A DNA stretch of 64,000 bases from Barthelona sp. PCE (Eukaryota), in assembly GCA_040285745.1 (NCBI GenBank), contig JAUFOR010000002.1, positions 682,001 through 746,000 on the forward strand, in the 5' to 3' direction. The notes beneath the pieces are model-generated. The model searched no databases. It saw nothing but the letters and a program-made list of their open reading frames with translations, and was not told the DNA's origin. Positions within the stretch are counted from its first letter, which is position 1, and each line of letters starts with the position of its first letter. Below are positions 48,985 to 59,221 of this stretch, piece after piece. The translations under genes and the position numbers were made by a program.

Positions 48985-49621
48985 TTAACGGTTGGACTTG
49001 GCAACACGCTCGATCTCGTCCTTCTTACGAATACCATAAGAAGAAGCGGAACCCTTGGAAGCGTTGAGGATCTCATCAGCCAAACACTCGGAGATGGACT
49101 TGATGTTGCGGAAAGCAGCAAGACGGGCACCAGTAGCGATCAAATAGACAGCCTGGTTGACACGACGAAGAGGAGAAACATCAACGGCCTGACGACGGGC
49201 AGAACCAGCGGAACCGACACGGGTAGAGTCTTCACGGGGACCACAGTTAACGATGGCACGAACGAGGTGCTCGATAGGGTTCTGGTTGGTAGCAAGGTTA
49301 ATGATTTCAAAAGCATCGCGAACAATCTTCATAGCGAGAACCTTCTTGCCGTTGTTGCGACCAGCACGCATGAGAGAGTTGGTAAGACGCTCAACGATGG
49401 GGCAGGAAGCCTTACGGAAACGAACCTTTTGCCAACGACCAGCAGTGTGAGGCAGGAAAACTTCTTTACCTTCAGAAGTGGCAATGTAGGGCTAAATGTA
49501 AGGAATCTCATGTCTATTTTTTGCTAAAAGCACAACATACCTTCAAAGAAGTATCATCTTCGTAGAAGTCAGCACTGTCGAAACTCCATTTGTTGAATAA
49601 CTTGATTTCACGAGCAGCCAT
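48985..49621 (-). CDS. RPS5: 40S ribosomal protein uS7 (RPS5); two exons, 49621-49541 and 49491-48985
   Basis: Exon 1 [19 protein letters not shown]; exon 2 [53 protein letters not shown]. Confidence 0.96.
49492..49540 (-). other. Spliceosomal intron (49 nt) in RPS5
   Basis: GTATGTTGTG...TTCCTTACATTTAG; phase 0; removal restores the conserved RPS5 N-terminus. Confidence 0.92.
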
Positions 49622-49821
49622 TGTGATAAGCGAGCCTTAAAGTGAAGAAAAAAGAGTAAAGATGGAAAAGGAAGTTTCTACTATTCTTTCTACTTTTACA
49701 GTGTTTCTAACAATACAGCGGGATGCAAATGGTGATAAAGGAGACATTTTACAAATAAATATATGCTATAGATAAAGCAGAACCTTCCTTTTACTTTTTC
49801 TACTAATTTGGCTTTAGATAA

Positions 49822-50481
49822 ATGAAGAAGACCGTTGCTTTTCTTAAGTTGAGCATTGCCAACCCCTCCACCGGTAAGCAAATGTCCATGAAGATCACTG
49901 ATCCTCGTAAGCTTTCCCAATTCTACGGAAAGAAGCTTTTGACTGATTTCCCCGGCGAGCTCATCGATGAGGCCTACCACGGTTACGTTTTCCGTGTCAC
50001 TGGTGGTTCTGACACTGATGGTTTCGCTATGAAGGAAGGTATCATGACTCACAAGCGTGTTAAGCTTCTTCGTTCCATGAAGAACGGTTTCAAGCCCAAG
50101 CGTGAAGGTGCCCGTAAGCGCTCAATCGTTCTGGGTTGTTTCATTTCTCGTGAAATTTCCACTCTTAACCTCGTCGTTGTCAAGCAGGGTCCCAACGAGA
50201 TCCCTCAGCTTTGTGGTGAGCCCCTCCCCGTCCGTCTCGGTCCCAAGCGTTACGATAACATTGTTAAGTACTTCAACCTTAACAAGGGTGATGATGTTCG
50301 TATGTACATGATTCCCCGTACCTTTAAGAAGAACGGTAAGGTTCAGCGTAAGTGCCCCAAGATCCAGAGACTCATTACACCCGTCACTAAGCGTCGTTCT
50401 GCTCGTCGTCAGGCTATCAAGACCGAGCGTCGTGAACGTGCCCGTGCCCGTGCCGCCGAGTACAATGCTCAGTCCGAGTAA
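49822..50481 (+). CDS. RPS6: 40S ribosomal protein eS6
   Basis: KLSIANPSTG, GYVFRVTGGSDTDGFAMKEG, RLGPKR, CPKIQRLITP. Confidence 0.96.
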   Translation: MKKTVAFLKLSIANPSTGKQMSMKITDPRKLSQFYGKKLLTDFPGELIDEAYHGYVFRVTGGSDTDGFAMKEGIMTHKRVKLLRSMKNGFKPKREGARKRSIVLGCFISREISTLNLVVVKQGPNEIPQLCGEPLPVRLGPKRYDNIVKYFNLNKGDDVRMYMIPRTFKKNGKVQRKCPKIQRLITPVTKRRSARRQAIKTERRERARARAAEYNAQSE

Positions 50482-50682
50482 GGAATTGCTCTGTTTATCT
50501 TTAAACACCAAAAGTAAACACAAAACTGTGATTCTTTTTATTATTGATTAGTAAAGTGCTTTTACATCATTGCTATACTGCATGTGTGTCATTGAGTAAG
50601 TTCAAACAGTATTACAAAGTTCTATCAAAGTGTTTTTTATTAAAATTCCTTTACGTGCGGGATACGCAATGGTCAGCTTATT

Positions 50683-52863
50683 ATGAGCGCCGAAGGAGAT
50701 ATTTTTGATCAGATTAGAAGGTTGAAACCGACAAAATCATTTGTTAAGCAACAAAAATTTGATGTTCTGGATAAATACACGGCTCAGATTGATTTTTTAA
50801 ATGAAGCGCCAGTTAAAACCCACAGGATGCCACAGTTGGAACCAGCAGAATGTGATAAACCCAACGATAATGCGGATTTACATTTACAGGAAGTATTTGA
50901 CAGATCTAGAGATAATTACATTGAGTCTCAGCTATCGGGCACAGAACTAGACTTTCTCAAAAGGTATAAACAATGTAAGGAGGAACGTGAGAAGTTTTAT
51001 AAACTTTCGAGGATTATTGATAGCGGCAAGAATTCTTTTAATTCATTGATGACATATCACTCAGAGTGTCTTGGGATCCTTAATGAACTCTCAACAACGA
51101 CACAAAAGGACTTTAAGACGTTGGAACGTATGAGTATCGTAATTGAACAGTTGGTTGAGATTCACAACTACTTTCAAGATAGTGATGAACTTTTAAATTA
51201 CTTTAAAGAGTTTTTTAAGGATAAAAACTTCGAAACTCTTGTATTAACCGATGTTTTTAAGCAAAAATTTAATTATTTGTTGAAAATTTTAAATTTTTTT
51301 GAAATATATAAGAAGACACTAAATTTACCAGTTTATTTAATAATTAAAGTATTTAACATCAAGAGTTTCTTGAATAATAACTTAAAAAACTTTTTTATTC
51401 ATTTTATGCAGGATTTAAGTTTTATAAATTTGAGTTGGGAATTTTGGGAAAGTAATGCAAACAAATTTAAAGATATTTTTGAAATTTTCTTGCAATTAAA
51501 TACTTCAATTAACTTCCAATTAGTGGTCAATGGTGATGAACATCAACAAATTCCTTTAGATTATAATACAGAAGATATTGTTAATCAAGTTTTTGGTTGC
51601 TATGTTGAACAAAGATTGTTATTCTTGAATCATTATTTTAAATCGTTTATTACTGCTTTATTACAGAAGAAGGGGAATAATATGCGTAATATTAAGTATA
51701 TATTTAACGAGTATTTATCACGAATGGAGAAATTTTTAAATAGTGAATTTCATCTATTTGAAGTGTATTTTGAGTCAAAAACAAACTATATTTGCATATC
51801 AAGTACTTTAAAAACTCTTTTAAGAAAACTAACTTTGTTTTTTGTAGAGAAGAACTCTGTTCTATTGAGAAAGTTCTTTGCTGTGCAGACAAAGGGGTCG
51901 GACCAACATATGGGCGATTTCAACTACCTAATTGAGTTATTAAATGTTTATATACTTAAAAAGGAAAGTTTAAAAATGAAAGGAAACAGTCAAGCTACAT
52001 CCATAATACAAGAGTTTATAGTTATTGTTCAGGAGAAGCTTATCTTTTTGATTAAGAAGATGAACTCAATGATTGCTTTTTCACCAGATTTTAACAGCAA
52101 AGTTTTGAAATATGATGTTGAAGGTTTACGCAACTACCATTGGAGTAAGCCTGTTGAAAGGTGTTTGTTTTTACTCAGCAGTACGTTTAATCTATTACCG
52201 TACGGTATGTTTAATACACTTTCGGGTGAGCTGCTAATGAAAGCACTGACGACAATACTTGAATTTGACCATGAAACACTTCCTAACAAAAGCATTGTTG
52301 TTCTGTGGAAGATCCAGCAACTTCTTGTGTTGCAGCAACAGTGTCTGAGCTTTTGCATTCAGCCTAGGATAAATTATTACAAGTTGAATTTGATTAATTT
52401 CCTTTACATAACAAAGAAGAACAGTCTTTTGATTAACAATAATCAGATAGATTTTTGGGTGTTTTTAAAGGAAAATTTACGTATTCTTTTAGATGTATTC
52501 ATAACATCTTTTTTTAAAGATTCACTGATGTTGATTGAGAATTTCTTGAGTATGGTGTCCCCCACCACCATAAAGGACGAGCAGAAGAGCTTTTTTAATC
52601 AGTTATTAGATCAAATTTATGTTAATATCAAAGATAATGTGGTGTTGATTGATTTCCTTTCGTTTTTCAAGGATTTTGATGATAAGGCTATGTTTAACGT
52701 GGGAGAAGAGATGACAACAATGGTTGCAGAACGTGTTGAGGGATATTTCGGTAAAGCAAAGGATATTTTTGGTGATGATTCCAAAGAGGTTGACAAATTG
52801 GTACAGATTATGTTATTCATCGGTGATTGTTTCATGGAGCACGGAGGTGCTGGTGGTAAGTAA
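50683..52863 (+). CDS. COG3: Conserved oligomeric Golgi complex subunit 3 (Sec34)-like, divergent
   Basis: VQEKLIF, WSKPVERCLFLLS....F..LSGE and WKIQQLLVLQQQ..F align with COG3 C-terminal blocks (VQERLVY, WYPTVRRTL.CLS, LIKHLLILREQI..F). Confidence 0.7.
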   Translation: MSAEGDIFDQIRRLKPTKSFVKQQKFDVLDKYTAQIDFLNEAPVKTHRMPQLEPAECDKPNDNADLHLQEVFDRSRDNYIESQLSGTELDFLKRYKQCKEEREKFYKLSRIIDSGKNSFNSLMTYHSECLGILNELSTTTQKDFKTLERMSIVIEQLVEIHNYFQDSDELLNYFKEFFKDKNFETLVLTDVFKQKFNYLLKILNFFEIYKKTLNLPVYLIIKVFNIKSFLNNNLKNFFIHFMQDLSFINLSWEFWESNANKFKDIFEIFLQLNTSINFQLVVNGDEHQQIPLDYNTEDIVNQVFGCYVEQRLLFLNHYFKSFITALLQKKGNNMRNIKYIFNEYLSRMEKFLNSEFHLFEVYFESKTNYICISSTLKTLLRKLTLFFVEKNSVLLRKFFAVQTKGSDQHMGDFNYLIELLNVYILKKESLKMKGNSQATSIIQEFIVIVQEKLIFLIKKMNSMIAFSPDFNSKVLKYDVEGLRNYHWSKPVERCLFLLSSTFNLLPYGMFNTLSGELLMKALTTILEFDHETLPNKSIVVLWKIQQLLVLQQQCLSFCIQPRINYYKLNLINFLYITKKNSLLINNNQIDFWVFLKENLRILLDVFITSFFKDSLMLIENFLSMVSPTTIKDEQKSFFNQLLDQIYVNIKDNVVLIDFLSFFKDFDDKAMFNVGEEMTTMVAERVEGYFGKAKDIFGDDSKEVDKLVQIMLFIGDCFMEHGGAGGK

Positions 52864-53198
52864 ATTTAAACCGAATTTTTGTGCAAGATTAGCCGCAGAG
52901 TATGGAGGATAATGAAGATGATTTTTTTAAGAGTTTTAGTTAATGATTCTGGCAACTAACCTGCAAAATATTTGCGCAAATGAGGAAGAAGGTATGTTCA
53001 TAACTATTTGGAATGACAAAACTATATTTGTCGTTAACATTCCATTTTACAGAGGTGAATTGCATCCATAAGATCATATTGTGGTAGTATATGGTGAAAA
53101 ACCCAATACACAATAGAATAAATCCTCCTAACAAAAAGTTTTCGGGTTTACAACCTCTTCCCCATAGATATCATTTTTTTTTTGGATACACAGTTATT

Positions 53199-53450
53199 AT
53201 GGGCGGTGGAGCATCATCAGCAAGGCCAAGAAGGGTCGAACAAGTTCCAGATCACGAGATTGGGGGTAATGAAAGCTCTCGTATTGGAAGAGATATTCGC
53301 AGATATTACCAGCAGGCATGTACACCAACAGGCCTCCCAAGATCAAATGGTATTCCACTCACAATTCTAATGCGCTTTTTAAGGAAAGAATGGCGTATTA
53401 ACGGAGAAGGTGTACGCCGTGAGTATGATTGGAGTGACGGTGAGATATAG
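53199..53450 (+). CDS. Small protein with N-myristoylation-like start
   Basis: 83-aa ORF MGGGASSARPRR..., GC-richer than its flanks. Confidence 0.55.
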   Translation: MGGGASSARPRRVEQVPDHEIGGNESSRIGRDIRRYYQQACTPTGLPRSNGIPLTILMRFLRKEWRINGEGVRREYDWSDGEI

Positions 53451-53601
53451 TTCCATTTTTAGCATTTCAACAAGAGTTTTCAGGTGTGATATTCTTTTTT
53501 TTTTGTGAAATTTTTTCTTTTTCCATACAAATTACACATCATTTCACAACCTCATTTGGACCTGTATTGGAATCTTTGCTTATTTTTAATCAAAAAATGA
53601 T

Positions 53602-54621
53602 TTATTGTTGTGTTCTTTTCTTTTTCAAATTTTGTAAAAAGTCATTATCATTGCCAGTAGTTTCATTACCACTGCCTCTCTTCTCAAGCTCAATCTGCCT
53701 TTTATGAGCATCAGGAGCAGCAACACGCTTCTCTTGACGATTATTCTTACTCTTCTTAGCAACCCATCTTTCTTTCTTCTCAAGCTCTTCCTTTGACAAC
53801 CAATACTCACCTGTAGCCATGGCGATATCCTCCTTACGGGGTTGAGGGGCGGTAGGCCACTTGGGACCCTCCGTTCTTCTATCCTTGGTAACAACCTTCT
53901 TGCTCTTCCTACGCTCGTTACGCTTTTTATATTGGGGGAGGAACTTATCCCAGCTCACATGCTTAAGGTCTTCGTTCTTTGCTAGCTCATTCTTCAGCAT
54001 TTGTTCTCTAATATTGTAAATAGGGTGGACGTTATTCATACAGTCTAGTACGATCTGGCGTACAATGCTCAGGCGGTCGAATGGGCCAATGGCGCACACG
54101 GTTCCGCCCTGCACAACAACGTAACAACCGGTGACAACCTCTAACGCCTTCAGAGTGGATCCGTTCGGGCCGATCAAACGCTGACGTCGCTTAACGAACC
54201 TCTCTCTGTTTTTCACAATATTTCTGATCTGGATGACGTCCGAGAAGACATCGTCCTTTAGTACGAGCTTGGCCATATCTAATGTGACAGACCTACTCAA
54301 CAGTTTCATCATATCTCGCGCTTTGATAATGACGTAGGGATCCCACGTCTTCCGAGTGGTTCTGACGTATATTGTGCCTTGAAGCAGATCTAGTTCGACC
54401 TCTATACCCAAAGGATCAAGTTCTTTGGTGATTAATCCCCAGTTTGCCTTCAAATACTCTTCTCTGTAACTAGGAAACAAAAGACTGAAACTGCTTTCTT
54501 CAGTGAGTGGTTGTTTCATATCCCCTTTGTTGAAATTCTTCCATTCCATTGAATTGTAAAACGCAAGTTCTTCTGGGTCTACTTCTTCATCTTTGTCATT
54601 CTTTTTCTTGTTCTTTCCCAT
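53602..54621 (-). CDS. KRR1: KRR1 small-subunit processome KH protein
   Basis: EESSFSLLFPSYREEYL, TTRKTWDPYVIIKARD, RFVKRRQRLIGPNGSTLKALE, DCMNNVHPIY. Confidence 0.97.
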   Translation of the reverse strand: MGKNKKKNDKDEEVDPEELAFYNSMEWKNFNKGDMKQPLTEESSFSLLFPSYREEYLKANWGLITKELDPLGIEVELDLLQGTIYVRTTRKTWDPYVIIKARDMMKLLSRSVTLDMAKLVLKDDVFSDVIQIRNIVKNRERFVKRRQRLIGPNGSTLKALEVVTGCYVVVQGGTVCAIGPFDRLSIVRQIVLDCMNNVHPIYNIREQMLKNELAKNEDLKHVSWDKFLPQYKKRNERRKSKKVVTKDRRTEGPKWPTAPQPRKEDIAMATGEYWLSKEELEKKERWVAKKSKNNRQEKRVAAPDAHKRQIELEKRGSGNETTGNDNDFLQNLKKKRTQQ

Positions 54622-55332
54622 TTGTTCTGTCTATAACCTGCTCCTGGATGCAAAAAAATTTTAGAAACGGGAATATAAGTTAAAGCATCAAACTAAATCA
54701 ACTTAGAGCACTCCGAAAGATGAAATCAGTGGATACGATGTTGTGTTGGTGAGAGGTAGTGCATTAGAATTACCGTATTATACTTATCCAGTCTGCAGAA
54801 TCTATTCATCCAAAAAGGATGAATACAATTATTTAACTTTGGTTTTCACGTATTTAAAGCAATATAATTATCGGATAACTGATAGAGATGTACATGTATA
54901 ACATGTATGGTGTTTTTGAGTACACTACATAAAAATTAAGTTAAACGCAACATATTGCTCTTTTGAACAGTGGCGCATGTTTAATGTATTAATTGTATGA
55001 TATTGGAAGTTTTACTTTAAGCAGGTTTTTTTGCGTTTAGCTGATAACTTTTAAAGCAAGCTTACATCTTCATAATATACTGCGAATACTGTATGATCTG
55101 ACAGGTTTATATATATATGATTCATACTCTCTTATGTCATTTTTCTCAATTTTTCTCATGAATTTAGGTAAACAATGTTGAGAGTTTCGTACAATATCCT
55201 AAATAAAACTTCCTAAACACGCTACAAAGCTCAGTAAACCAAGGCAACGTTTTTGTCTTAATGTTGTTCTCGTTTTCGTTTTTTCCCCTTTCATTTTCCT
55301 GCTAGTCCTACTTTGAACTCAAAACACATTTA

Positions 55333-58300
55333 ATGCGCCCAATTGATGTATTACCTGGAGGAAGTGCTATCTATACTCCATTTACAATTGCTACAAACGG
55401 TGACGGAACCAAATTGGCTGTTGCCACAACCCTGGCTGTATTTATATACGGGGTTAGGGATTTCACGCTTGAAAATATCCTCGCAGTTCACTCTAATGCA
55501 ATCATAAGCATTGATTGGTGTAAGACAGATCCAGATTTGATAGTCACATCATCCAATGACCACTCCATCAGAGTATGGAGCGTCTCAACATGTGTGCTTC
55601 AGAAAACCATAAAGTTGGATAGTCTCCCTGTATGCGTTCGGTTTAATCCACATAACTCAGGGCAAATTGGTATCGTCACGTCATCTGGCCACGTTTACGT
55701 ATACAACCGTAGCGAAGATAACATTAATGAGCTTTCATTCCGACCCTCTTATGGAAATTGTTTTTGCTGGGACATCCTCAGTCAGTTTGTGTACAGATTT
55801 GTTGTCGGTGGTCGTGGCATGGTGACGGTGTACTGCCACAACAAGAACAAGTACAAAAGAATGCATGAGATCAAGCACCCAACCAATAGTGATGCCCTCT
55901 GTCGTTCTCTAGCTTTTGATCCAGTTTCTCAGGATTATTTCGTTACAGCGTGGTCCACAGGCGACCTCATCATCTGTAACGCCGATAACGGCGAGATCTT
56001 AAACGTTTTAACACTGAATGGGGCAGACTTCTGCGGTGTTCAATGGATTCCTGGTATTCCAGGTGGTTTTGTCACGACAGAAGCGTCGAGTGGTGTTATC
56101 CGGAGATGGAACGTATCACAACCCACTGCTGTATTCAGTAAGAAGTTGTCACAAAATAAGGGTATTGTCTGTCAATACATTAACAACGAGTACGGTTGCG
56201 TGTTTTCGTTTGACGACGGACAGTTCATCTTGTATGACGTTCTCAAGGACAGGTATCTGTACCACTCTGTACCTGCACACACTGAGACAGTTTTTGACAG
56301 TACTTTTGTAGGAAAAAGTCCGGACTCATTTATTTCGGTGTCATACGATGGCACACTGCGCTTCTGGGAGATCGAGTACGAGAAGCCGCTTAGCAGAAGA
56401 GATAATATTGGTCTAAATGACCTCGTCCAGCCCACATTCCATCAACGCATTCAGGCAGTTGACTGCGTTCCGAATGCAAACATGGAGGTCATGTACTGTG
56501 TAGTTCAGAGCCCAGACAGCATGTCTGCGATGGCAGGAGGGTTCAACGGTAACATTTATTTGTTTGATTTGAAGAACAGAAGGTGCATGAGAGCATTTAA
56601 GATTCATGAGGCGTCAATATACAGGATTGCATGGTCTAGATTTGACGCCTCTCTCTTCGCATCCACATCCAGGGACAGGACAGTAGTTGTGTCAAAACTA
56701 CCAACAGGTTCTGCTGTTTGGAAGAAGACCTTTACTGAAATTCCTTATAGCGTTGCATTTGTTGACGCTACGACGATCGTCGTTGGCTTCCAGAGCGGTG
56801 TTATCGAACTCTACAACATTGCGCGCGAGGAGCCAGATCCCAGACCAATCCGCCGATTGAAAGAGCATAGGGAACGGGTTTTCCGCGTTGAGCCCAATCC
56901 TGCAATTCCTAACCTTTTGGCATCGGTCTCCGATGACCTTACTGTGCGTGTGTGGGACATAAGCAAGCCACAAGGACAGGAGGCTGTGTGCGTTTTGGAA
57001 GGCCACACAAATTTTGTCAGAGCAATCTGTTGGAATCCTGCCATGCCGTTCCTACTGTTATCAGGTGGCTGGGACTCAACCATTCGTGTCTGGGACATCC
57101 GTAAGCCACATACGGCACTTCGCTGTATCTCAGATCACGCAAGTGACGTGTATGCGATTTCGATTCATCCACAGAGACCGTTCACCGTACTCACCATCAG
57201 TAGGGATACGACAATTCGCCTCTGGTCCTTATATGATGAAACTATTCCTGAGATTGACAGACTAATGTGGAAATTGATGATGAGAAACGATGAAGACGTG
57301 TACAGCACTTCTTTTAGCGATGTGATGAATCCAAACCTGCCCATGCGCCTTTACATGAGCGCAGCAAACGTTGCAGTTTTCCGTCAACAACTTGCACACT
57401 CAAAGAATGACGTTTCGTACTTCTCCACAATTTTATCCTTCTTTTCACCACCAAATGGTCTTCGTAACTTCTTGGTGGCGGTTGTCTCCGAGCTCATGAA
57501 CCGTGGTGAGAGCCTTTCTGTTCCTATTTCATATCAACATCATTCGAAGTTGTTTAACGCAAAGGACTTTGTAGTTAAGGAGAAAGCGGAAGTTCGAGCA
57601 TTATTCAACAAGTTTAACAAGAAGAGGATGGCCGCTATCGGAGAGGCAACTCCTTTGGATATCATGCAGTCGCTGTCGGTTAGATCGTTGAGGATTGGCG
57701 ACCTCGAGATGTTCTGTAAGATCGAGTGTCATCTCAAGCACTGGGAGCGCGCTCTTGCGCTCGCTCCCCTTGTGAGTATGCAGCTGTGGAGCGATATCAT
57801 GCGTCAATACGCGTCATCGTTGGACACAAAGTCCGAGAGCGACATGCTTTTCACTAGTATAATTTCAGATGGTGATTCGTCACTTTCAAACTACTACGAG
57901 TCAATCAATCGTCCAGATCTCGTGATGGGTCTGCCAAAGATGGCGCTTGACAGTGTTAACGATGCGTTTAAGTTTACAATCGCAAGAGACTCTGATCCAG
58001 ATGTCGTAAAGCAGCTTTGTGAGCGATATATCGAGGAGGGCGAGCCAGTTTATGCCGCTATTGCACTGCTAACTGCGGGTTCGGTGGTTGAAGCACTGAA
58101 TATGTTGGTTGATTGTGAGGAGTCTGCATTGAGTTACACTCTCTTTAATCTAATTATCAAACAGAAGGTGGACGTGCCGGAGGATGTGTACAAGAAGTAT
58201 GTTAAGGAAGTTGTCTACAAATTGGAGCATTTAAATATGTTTGAAGAACTCAAGACTTTCGTTGACGATTGCGGTATTGATACTCATTTGTTAGTAGTTG

Positions 58301-59070
58301 AGATTGTATCACGTAACTTCGCATTAGGCACTCCGTTACACGATCTGTTTGGTCTCAGTGCATCACCAGATCCAAAATCCGATTCTGAAATGCATCAACT
58401 CGAGGTTGCACTGTTGACTAACAACACATCTAAAGCAGCACAGCACGCTATAGCCATCCTCACAGAGTATTATATGAAAGCCAAACAGTTAGCCGATAAT
58501 TCATCGGAGTTTATGGTTGTCATTCATGAAATGCGAGAGATTTGTGATTTAGTTATGGGAATTGATTTTTCAACGGTTTCGAAGGTTCCCCGCGCGCATG
58601 TGTACGTGTACATGTTATGGTGCGGTTTTTACTATCTGCGTGACATTATTGGTGAGCCAAGTCTGAATCAACGTATGCAATTTCACCCCAACGATGGGAA
58701 GGAAGCAGGTCTTGCAGTTTCTTTCAATATTCGTCGAACCTTATTGCAACTGAAGAACACACTTGATTCAGAAGGAATCTTTGATCCTATTTCCCCTCCT
58801 TTACTGGACTTAACCGATGAGGAATCTGTTGATTTGGCTAAGCCATTACAATTTAACGTTATGGGTGGATCATTCCCATTGCCTCCGCCGGGTGCTGGTT
58901 CCATTGCATCAACGACAAGAAGACCGATGACTTTGTGGGAGTTGTGTATATGGAGTAAGGGTTGTCCTTTGAGTCCGTTTGGACCAGGTGTTCCTCCTTC
59001 AGGTTACACTAACGTGGCAAGGAATATCCCCCAAGCAAAGTATTCAAGACTGCAGAGGATCGTATTGTAA
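55333..59070 (+). CDS. WDR17: WD40 repeat protein 17-like
   Basis: 1245 aa with multiple WD repeats (AHTETVFD, GHTNFVRAICWN, LLSGGWDSTIRVWDIR, DHASDVY, SRDTTIRLW), WERALALAPLVSMQLW and C-terminal IWSKGCPLSPFG. Confidence 0.85.
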   Translation: MRPIDVLPGGSAIYTPFTIATNGDGTKLAVATTLAVFIYGVRDFTLENILAVHSNAIISIDWCKTDPDLIVTSSNDHSIRVWSVSTCVLQKTIKLDSLPVCVRFNPHNSGQIGIVTSSGHVYVYNRSEDNINELSFRPSYGNCFCWDILSQFVYRFVVGGRGMVTVYCHNKNKYKRMHEIKHPTNSDALCRSLAFDPVSQDYFVTAWSTGDLIICNADNGEILNVLTLNGADFCGVQWIPGIPGGFVTTEASSGVIRRWNVSQPTAVFSKKLSQNKGIVCQYINNEYGCVFSFDDGQFILYDVLKDRYLYHSVPAHTETVFDSTFVGKSPDSFISVSYDGTLRFWEIEYEKPLSRRDNIGLNDLVQPTFHQRIQAVDCVPNANMEVMYCVVQSPDSMSAMAGGFNGNIYLFDLKNRRCMRAFKIHEASIYRIAWSRFDASLFASTSRDRTVVVSKLPTGSAVWKKTFTEIPYSVAFVDATTIVVGFQSGVIELYNIAREEPDPRPIRRLKEHRERVFRVEPNPAIPNLLASVSDDLTVRVWDISKPQGQEAVCVLEGHTNFVRAICWNPAMPFLLLSGGWDSTIRVWDIRKPHTALRCISDHASDVYAISIHPQRPFTVLTISRDTTIRLWSLYDETIPEIDRLMWKLMMRNDEDVYSTSFSDVMNPNLPMRLYMSAANVAVFRQQLAHSKNDVSYFSTILSFFSPPNGLRNFLVAVVSELMNRGESLSVPISYQHHSKLFNAKDFVVKEKAEVRALFNKFNKKRMAAIGEATPLDIMQSLSVRSLRIGDLEMFCKIECHLKHWERALALAPLVSMQLWSDIMRQYASSLDTKSESDMLFTSIISDGDSSLSNYYESINRPDLVMGLPKMALDSVNDAFKFTIARDSDPDVVKQLCERYIEEGEPVYAAIALLTAGSVVEALNMLVDCEESALSYTLFNLIIKQKVDVPEDVYKKYVKEVVYKLEHLNMFEELKTFVDDCGIDTHLLVVEIVSRNFALGTPLHDLFGLSASPDPKSDSEMHQLEVALLTNNTSKAAQHAIAILTEYYMKAKQLADNSSEFMVVIHEMREICDLVMGIDFSTVSKVPRAHVYVYMLWCGFYYLRDIIGEPSLNQRMQFHPNDGKEAGLAVSFNIRRTLLQLKNTLDSEGIFDPISPPLLDLTDEESVDLAKPLQFNVMGGSFPLPPPGAGSIASTTRRPMTLWELCIWSKGCPLSPFGPGVPPSGYTNVARNIPQAKYSRLQRIVL

Positions 59071-59221
59071 AAGAATAATTTTGTCATTGAAACTTTTTTG
59101 GCAATAAAAAATTGAGTTTTTGCTATTGAACTGTGGGTATATGTGGGAATCAGTTGGACCGCGTTGTATATTTCATGTACAAAATCGTGTAAAACACAAT
59201 ATTACCTTTCTCTGGATGTAG

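Noticed and set aside
49492-49506. U12-like branch sequences (TTCCTTAC in RPS5; CCTTAAC in the PFDN2 intron)
   Set aside because: Both donors are GTATGT (U2 type), not RTATCCTT.
49781-49821. Spliced-leader trans-splicing suggested by pyrimidine tract plus AG upstream of RPS6, RPS5, PUF and cytochrome b5
   Set aside because: ASF1, MFS, MED31 and PFDN2 have the tract with no AG before the ATG, and strand switches are frequent. A promoter element is the simpler explanation.
47107-50523. Many antisense or alternate-frame ORFs over CCT6, RPS5 and RPS6 (also over RPS12 and DNA-PKcs)
   Set aside because: Expected by-product of codon bias in the real genes; no recognisable motifs.
54707-54901. About 64-codon open frame (STPKDEISGYDVVLVRG...) between KRR1 and WDR17
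   Set aside because: No ATG, no consensus intron linking one in frame, and no recognisable similarity.
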